Virus record (IMG/VR): IMGVR_UViG_3300045988_086125 | Location: 1-38,346 of that record | Source: a virus | Reading direction: 5' to 3' (one strand) | DNA length: 38,346 nt | In this document: piece by piece, positions 33,848 through 38,346 of the stretch | Position numbering within the stretch: the stretch's first letter is position 1 | Layout: every line of letters begins with the position of its first letter | Position numbers and translations under genes: made by a program | Notes under the pieces: model-generated | Seen by the model: the letters and a program-made list of their open reading frames with translations, nothing else | Database searches by the model: none | Told to the model about the DNA's origin: nothing

Positions 33848-34255
33848 ATGGACGTTCGTAACATCGTCAAACAACTAAATATCAGTGTTCATTATGTGGA
33901 TATGGAAAAGCCCGGCTATGCAACAATCAGCGCAGATAAGCAGTTAAAGTTTGTGTTCATCTCTAACCACTACCCAGCGCATGTGCAGAAAGTTACGCTT
34001 ATCCACGAGCTAGAACATATCGCTAGGCAATCAGGTCAAACAGCACTTTACAATGCTACTGTTTCGGCTCGTTTTAAAATGGAAAGCGAAATAAACCGTT
34101 GCGTTGTCTATGAGCTAGTAGACGACTATATCAAGCATACCGGCATTGAACCGGAAAACATTAACTATATAGATTTCATGCAGCTTAACGATATATCAGC
34201 AGACTATGAACCGTTCGTGAAAGAAACGATCAAAAATTATAAATGGGGTAAATAA
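33848..34255 (+). CDS. ImmA/IrrE-family zinc metallopeptidase
   Basis: 135 aa with the HEXXH motif as IHELEHI. It lies immediately downstream of the XRE repressor. Confidence 0.8.
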   Translation: MDVRNIVKQLNISVHYVDMEKPGYATISADKQLKFVFISNHYPAHVQKVTLIHELEHIARQSGQTALYNATVSARFKMESEINRCVVYELVDDYIKHTGIEPENINYIDFMQLNDISADYEPFVKETIKNYKWGK

Positions 34256-34256
34256 T

Positions 34257-35120
34257 ATGAGAAAAAGTATTGCTTTCTTGATAATGGCATGTGGGATTGC
34301 CTTAGCCGGTTGCAGCACTAATACAAACAAAGCGAAATCTTCAAGTTCTTCCAGTTCATCAAACGTTTCAAGATCATCATCGGTTAAGCCTGACCCTAAC
34401 GCTTCTGAGCGGACTTGGACTTATAAGAACAATGTTTTTGACGCTGGCAATGAAACTTATCGCTTTACCAAGTGGGACGTTATGGATTCGGTAGATGAAG
34501 GCAAAAAGATTCTTGTCCTTTACTGTGATGTTACTAACAACTCGACAAAGGAAATGGACCCGTCAAACGTATATATGGTAGTTGGTGCCTATCAGAAAAA
34601 CGAAACTTCTGACGTGCAGCTCACACCGGGAATGGCAGCATTAGATGAAAATGGGAACAATCCATTACAGCAATATGAAGACGGGTTATACAATAAGCTG
34701 CTTCCTGGAAAGACCGTTAAAGCGGTTATGACGTTCACTATCAACAACGATAAACCGGTTCGTTTGGAATTTGAAAATCCTAACTTTGAAACAATTGGAA
34801 CCAAGACTTACAAAGTTAGCAAGAAATTAAGCAAAGCTGAAAGAAAGAAACTTAATCAGTCTAACTCTTCTTCATCTTCTACAACGCAAACAAACGCAGT
34901 TTCGCAAACTAAAACCGTTACTCAAAATAATGGCGGTAGCAGCACTACCCAGACTTCAAGCTCAAGCAGCAGCAATCAAACTTACACCGCTCAACCATCG
35001 CAAGGCGGTACGATTTATCAGACTGGCAACGACACTGGCAGTTTTGCAGGCGACCCAGATGTTATTGCTGACACGCAGCAAATACAAGAAAGTCTTGCCA
35101 AAGCTAATGGTTGGGAATAG
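34257..35120 (+). CDS. prophage lipoprotein (DUF5067/DUF4352-like core), candidate superinfection-exclusion factor
   Basis: The signal peptide plus lipobox is MRKSIAFLIMACGIALAGC. Ser-rich linkers flank the core. The gene lies in the lysogeny module between the repressor and the integrase. Confidence 0.7.
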   Translation: MRKSIAFLIMACGIALAGCSTNTNKAKSSSSSSSSNVSRSSSVKPDPNASERTWTYKNNVFDAGNETYRFTKWDVMDSVDEGKKILVLYCDVTNNSTKEMDPSNVYMVVGAYQKNETSDVQLTPGMAALDENGNNPLQQYEDGLYNKLLPGKTVKAVMTFTINNDKPVRLEFENPNFETIGTKTYKVSKKLSKAERKKLNQSNSSSSSTTQTNAVSQTKTVTQNNGGSSTTQTSSSSSSNQTYTAQPSQGGTIYQTGNDTGSFAGDPDVIADTQQIQESLAKANGWE

Positions 35121-35136
35121 CAACTTAAACAAAAAT

Positions 35137-35167
35137 AACCCTAGCTGTTACGGCTAGGGTTTAAAAA
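35137..35167. terminator. bidirectional hairpin terminator between the lipoprotein gene and int
   Basis: AACCCTAGC-tgttacg-GCTAGGGTT forms a 9-bp stem. TTTAAAAAT follows on the plus strand and ATTTTTGTTT follows on the minus strand. Confidence 0.6.
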
Positions 35168-35204
35168 TAGACTTAAATCGAACATATGTACGAAAGGATT
35201 TACT

Positions 35205-36299
35205 ATGGCTTCTTTTACAAAACGTAACGGCAAATGGCAAGCTCGTATAAGTTGGCACGATGAAAATGGGAAGCTGCACCAGAAAGCAAAGTCTGGGTTT
35301 GCTACCAAAGCACAAGCGAAAGACTATGCAACCAGGATGGAAAACGAGCTGATCAACGGCGTTGACATCGCAGCAGACCCAGTTTTTGCCGACTACTTTA
35401 AAATGTGGTGTGAAACTTATCGCTTGCCGAAAATATCAAAAGCAACGGCTCGCAACTATATGAGTTATTACCGAGTTATCACAAGTTATTTTGGTGAAAC
35501 TAGAATCAAGCAGATCAAGCGCAACACCTATCAGCAGTTTTTAAACGACTATGGCAAAGATCACTCGTTGGGAACAATGAAAGAAATGACGTCAAAAGTT
35601 AAAGCTTGCGTTAAATCAGCTATTGCAGACGGTATCATCACTAAAGACTTTACCTATAATGCAAATATAACCTATGACAAATCGCTGACACGCAACCCTG
35701 AGTATTTATCCATCAATGAGCTTAAACGGCTTATATCAGCCCTTAATGACGATTTAAAACCAGATAACGTTAAGCCTTATATCGTTTTGACTGCTATTTA
35801 TACCGGCGCAAGATTTTCAGAAATTATCGCTTTAACTTGGAAAGACGTTGACTACCTGCACCGAACGATCACGATTAATAAATCCATTGACTATAAGTAC
35901 AATACCGGATTTAAACCAACCAAAAATGAAAGTTCAAACAGGACAATTCGAGTTAATAATGAGTTGCTTAAGATATTGTCGCAGCTAAAAGTTAATCAAA
36001 CGCCACTTTTGTTTGCTAAAACTCCGCAATCTTTTCGCACTATTTTCATAAAAAAAGTTAACGCCTATCTTAAATCGACTATGGAACGAATCGGAATTAA
36101 AAAACGCGATTATACGTTTCATGCACTACGCCACAGCCATGTTGCGTTTCTTTTAAGTCAAGGAATCGACATTTACGCAATTAGCAAACGATTAGGGCAC
36201 TCAAACATGACAACAACTAGTAATGTATATGCCTATCTAATAGATGAATATAAGCACAAACTGGACGATGAAATTGAGCGCAAATTAGCGCAATTATAG
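35205..36299 (+). CDS. int: tyrosine site-specific integrase
   Basis: 364 aa. Motifs are TGARFSEI (Arg I), HALRHSH (H-x-x-R) and LGHSNMTTTSNVYAYL (catalytic Tyr), with an N-terminal SAM-like arm-binding region. Confidence 0.95.
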   Translation: MASFTKRNGKWQARISWHDENGKLHQKAKSGFATKAQAKDYATRMENELINGVDIAADPVFADYFKMWCETYRLPKISKATARNYMSYYRVITSYFGETRIKQIKRNTYQQFLNDYGKDHSLGTMKEMTSKVKACVKSAIADGIITKDFTYNANITYDKSLTRNPEYLSINELKRLISALNDDLKPDNVKPYIVLTAIYTGARFSEIIALTWKDVDYLHRTITINKSIDYKYNTGFKPTKNESSNRTIRVNNELLKILSQLKVNQTPLLFAKTPQSFRTIFIKKVNAYLKSTMERIGIKKRDYTFHALRHSHVAFLLSQGIDIYAISKRLGHSNMTTTSNVYAYLIDEYKHKLDDEIERKLAQL

Positions 36300-36305
36300 C
36301 CATCG

Positions 36306-36322
36306 TTGCACTAATATTGCAC
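36306..36322 (+). repeat. tandem TTGCAC motifs (candidate integrase arm-type sites, P arm)
   Basis: TTGCAC occurs at 36306..36311 and 36317..36322, an 11-bp spacing, directly after the int stop. Confidence 0.4.
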
Positions 36323-36476
36323 TGTTAAACTATAAATGCTGTTATATCAACGTTTTAACGATGTTAAATACCTTATCGATAAAGGTCAGCATAGTGTTCT
36401 ATAGTTTTTTATAATGCACGAAACCGTATATTATCATAATTTAGTGATATATAACAATATATAAATATTATAACCA

Positions 36477-36494
36477 TTGCACTTTTCGTTGCAC
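36477..36494 (+). repeat. tandem TTGCAC motifs (candidate integrase arm-type sites, P' arm)
   Basis: TTGCAC occurs at 36477..36482 and 36489..36494, a 12-bp spacing. The two pairs bracket an AT-rich segment of about 155 bp (probable attP core region). Confidence 0.4.
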
Positions 36495-36520
36495 AAAAAA
36501 ACGGCCGTCATTGACGACCG
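36495..36520 (-). terminator. rho-independent terminator ending the moron/mini-array transcript
   Basis: Minus strand reads CGGTCGT-CAATG-ACGGCCG (one internal mismatch) followed by TTTTTTT. It overlaps the last 3 nt of the terminal CRISPR-like repeat. Confidence 0.6.
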
Positions 36521-36606
36521 CAGCCCCACTTGCGGTGGGGATAACAAATTAAAACCCAAACATCTAATATCTATATTTGGATCACACCCACATACGTGGG
36601 GATAAC
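36518..36606 (-). CRISPR. mini-CRISPR array, type I-E-like: 28-nt repeat, 33-nt spacer, degenerate 28-nt terminal repeat
   Basis: Minus strand reads GTTATCCCCACGTATGTGGGTGTGATCC | AAATATAGATATTAGATGTTTGGGTTTTAATTT | GTTATCCCCACCGCAAGTGGGGCTGCGG. The first 11 nt are identical and both repeats carry a CCCCAC/GTGGG(G) hairpin. The period is 61 nt. Confidence 0.6.
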
Positions 36607-36612
36607 TATTTA

Positions 36613-36641
36613 AGTATATATCAGTGTAATGAAAAAGTAAC
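36613..36641 (-). promoter_or_regulatory. putative promoter immediately upstream of the mini-array
   Basis: Minus strand reads ...GTTACTttttcattacacTGaTATATACTtaaata|GTTATCC. There is an extended -10 (TG-n-TATATA / TATACT) and a weak -35. The predicted start is within a few nt of repeat 1. Confidence 0.35.
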
Positions 36642-36667
36642 CCCCGAATAGGAGCTGCTTTTTCATT

Positions 36668-37198
36668 TTATCCATGTTGTGAAACTATCTTTTGATAAGT
36701 TTCAAACTCTTTGACGAAAGCCAAGTCGTCAAAAGTCATGCTTTCAACACGCTCAGCGTCAAAGTTGGCATATGACACTTTCGGGTTATACTCGCCAACA
36801 ATGCTTGCGGCTTCAGCAGCATAGGCCAGTTTGCCAACCAGCTGGCCTTTTGGGTTGACGATTGCGACCACTTCGCCACGATATTTAACTATGATACGGT
36901 CAAACTGGTAAAACATTTGCCATTTGTTGACAACGTTCTTTTCATCGCCACCGCCTATAACCGAAAAATATTGATTAACCAGATCAATGACCGTTTCATC
37001 GTTGATAGCTTTGTACAGCTCTTTGCCGTACATATCAGCCAACTTGTGGACTACCTCCCACTTGGCTGATTTCATTTTGTCGGGGTTAGCCCGGTAAGCT
37101 TTCAGTGTTGGGATTGACGCCCCAGACGCTTCTTGCATAGTTTCAAAGCTATACTTCTTTTCGGCGATTACCGCCTTTGCCTTTTCAAAATCGTTCAT
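36668..37198 (-). CDS. hypothetical moron protein with N-terminal HTH-like region
   Basis: 176 aa. SFETMQEASGASIPTLKAYRANPDK resembles an HTH. It is the second gene of the post-lysin operon, and its stop is 61 nt upstream of the mini-array. Confidence 0.6.
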   Translation of the reverse strand: MNDFEKAKAVIAEKKYSFETMQEASGASIPTLKAYRANPDKMKSAKWEVVHKLADMYGKELYKAINDETVIDLVNQYFSVIGGGDEKNVVNKWQMFYQFDRIIVKYRGEVVAIVNPKGQLVGKLAYAAEAASIVGEYNPKVSYANFDAERVESMTFDDLAFVKEFETYQKIVSQHG

Positions 37199-37210
37199 GA
37201 CATTTTCCTC

Positions 37211-37627
37211 CTATTTGATATTTGCCAGGTCGGCAGCTACGGCGTCGACCATCTCTTGCTTGTATGGTGCAGAGTAGCGGTTAACCCGCGTGTAGTCCGC
37301 CTCAACTTCACGTGTTTTTACATTGATCCAAACTTTGATGGCCTTGACTGCACGCTGTTCAGCTGGGAAGATCTCTTCCCCGTTCCACTTGCCGTAGTGG
37401 AACATACCATCATGTTTGTAAATGTTCAGGTACAGACGATCATGATCATCTGTAGTCCAGTGGTTGTAGCCTTTGCTTTCAAGGGCCTTGATTTGCTTTT
37501 CGGATAATCCCTTAGCCATCTTCCAGGCCATCTTGAGTGCGCCAGAGATATATTCGATTGCCTTGCCACCAAATTTCTTAGCAGCTTCCCGAGCAATTTT
37601 CCAAGCGTTAGTCATGATCGTCTTCAT
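37211..37627 (-). CDS. hypothetical moron protein
   Basis: 138 aa with a GGGAGGTAATC RBS. The N-terminus NAWKIAREAAKKFGGKAIEYISGALKMAW recurs in small phage/plasmid proteins as I remember them. Function is unknown. Confidence 0.6.
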   Translation of the reverse strand: MKTIMTNAWKIAREAAKKFGGKAIEYISGALKMAWKMAKGLSEKQIKALESKGYNHWTTDDHDRLYLNIYKHDGMFHYGKWNGEEIFPAEQRAVKAIKVWINVKTREVEADYTRVNRYSAPYKQEMVDAVAADLANIK

Positions 37628-37656
37628 TTTGATTACCTCCCTTTCTTTATGCTTTT

Positions 37657-37684
37657 ATTATAACACACATAGTATATTTTACAA
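37657..37684 (-). promoter_or_regulatory. sigma-70-type promoter of the moron operon
   Basis: Minus strand has TTGTAA (37684..37679), a 16-nt spacer ending in TGT, then TATAAT (37662..37657), i.e. an extended -10 TGTTATAAT. It lies downstream of the lysin terminator. Confidence 0.6.
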
Positions 37685-37718
37685 TACTTATTTAGATATT
37701 TTATAATACTTTTTAGGT

Positions 37719-37808
37719 AAAATAAAAAGTCCTACACACGGCTGGTGTTAATCAAGAAGAGGACTCACCTCTTTTCTTTTTTTGATATTTTTTGGCGCCA
37801 TGTGTAGG
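37719..37808. terminator. compound terminator after the endolysin (12-bp outer stem enclosing an inner hairpin)
   Basis: The outer stem is 37731..37742 with 37797..37808 (CCTACACACGGC / GCCATGTGTAGG, one G-U pair). The inner hairpin is AAGAGG-actca-CCTCTT (37757..37773). T-runs follow in both orientations. Confidence 0.6.
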
Positions 37809-37829
37809 GCTTGTATTTAATTGTAGATA

Positions 37830-38346
37830 TTATTCAAACGATCCGTATGCTTCATTGGTGCGTGCATCTCGACAGGCAACGTAGCCGTACTGGCCGTTAG
37901 CTCGTGGCTGGCGCAGATAGACAAAACCATTAGTCCGTGCCCATGCATCATACTTAACTACTGATCCGCCATAGAGTACCGCAATAACAGAACTGGAAGG
38001 CGTAGCTCCCCAGCGTAAGTGCAGGACATAACCAGAGCCTACCGTAAACTTGCCATTTTCGGCATGCCAGGTAACTCCCAAGCTGTCCCGCCAAGTAGTG
38101 CCGGCTGATGTAGACTCTGCAGCAGCTTTCTTATCTTGCTGTGGTTGTGGCTGAGTCGTGGGTTGAACCGTGCCATCCCCTTTGGCCAGCTTGTGCCAGC
38201 CGTCTGCATCAAGATAAAACTCAGAGCGGTCCATCGTATTGCCGGTGAACTGCCAGCCAGTCAGATTGGACCAAGGGGCAAACTTATACGAACTCAGGAA
38301 TGCTGGCACTGCCCAGCTGTTAGCATAGGTAGGATAACCAGCCCCC
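37830..38346 (-). CDS. endolysin, C-terminal part: end of the GH25 domain, linker, SH3_5-like cell-wall-binding domain (continues from 3..473 across the circular junction, -1 frame)
   Basis: The frame is open from the window end: GAGYPTYANSWAVPAFLSSYKFAPWSNLTGWQFTGN (GH25 C-terminal strands). A TVQPTTQPQPQQ linker follows. GKFTVGSGYVLHLRWGATPSS...VKYDAWARTNGFVYLRQPRANGQYGYVACRD is SH3_5-like. Confidence 0.85.
   Translation of the reverse strand, partial: GAGYPTYANSWAVPAFLSSYKFAPWSNLTGWQFTGNTMDRSEFYLDADGWHKLAKGDGTVQPTTQPQPQQDKKAAAESTSAGTTWRDSLGVTWHAENGKFTVGSGYVLHLRWGATPSSSVIAVLYGGSVVKYDAWARTNGFVYLRQPRANGQYGYVACRDARTNEAYGSFE
38292..38346. repeat. 55-bp terminal direct repeat, identical to 1..55
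   Basis: Exact match, read directly. Confidence 0.95.

Noticed and set aside
34300-35010. Ser/Thr homopolymer tracts as DNA tandem repeats
   Set aside because: They are low-complexity linker coding sequence in the lipoprotein, with mixed codons and no regular nucleotide period.
36518-36606. Plus-strand orientation of the CRISPR-like repeats (E. coli-like ...CCCCAC..GTGGGGATAAC)
   Set aside because: The hairpin is symmetric, so both strands look I-E-like. The minus strand gives a 28-nt unit ending in GTGATCC, a 33-nt spacer and a 3'-degenerate terminal repeat. It also matches the flanking promoter, terminator and gene orientation.

Overview
The window is one complete, circularly closed temperate siphovirus genome. 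Bases 1-55 equal 38292-38346, so the unique length is 38,291 bp. The gene content looks Lactobacillaceae-like (about 44% GC, LL-H-type holin, BppU-like baseplate protein, ArpU regulator); no host can be proven from the sequence alone.

Nearly all genes read on the minus strand. In transcription order they are:
- cro-like regulator and antirepressor;
- ERF/SSB recombination genes;
- replication genes (replisome organizer and DnaC-like loader);
- RusA and many small early ORFs;
- ArpU late regulator;
- a 716-bp non-coding block carrying a tRNA;
- terS, a decayed HNH homing endonuclease, and terL;
- portal, MuF-like protein, scaffold and capsid;
- connectors, major tail protein and a G/GT chaperone with a -1 slippery site;
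- tape measure, Dit and Tal;
- BppU-like and Fn3/Big_2 baseplate modules;
- XkdX-like protein, two holins and a GH25/SH3_5 endolysin that spans the contig junction.

The lysogeny module reads on the plus strand: cI-like repressor, ImmA-like protease, lipoprotein and tyrosine integrase. It is followed by an AT-rich attP region.

Most notable observations:
1. A type I-E-like mini-CRISPR array (28-nt repeat, 33-nt spacer, degenerate terminal repeat) lies between attP and a two-gene moron operon. It has its own promoter-like and terminator-like elements, and the genome has no cas genes.
2. A roughly 570-nt hairpin-rich non-coding segment lies between the ArpU gene and a class II tRNA-Ser(GCU)-like gene with a non-canonical C33. 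The context fits the large phage RNAs ROOL and GOLLD.
3. Two successive baseplate gene junctions cut fibronectin type III domains at the same structural point. One of them is a single in-frame TAA.
4. The endolysin frame is broken at a C5 homopolymer located exactly at the contig junction.

All functional calls are from reading the translated ORFs and motifs by eye. No database search was run.
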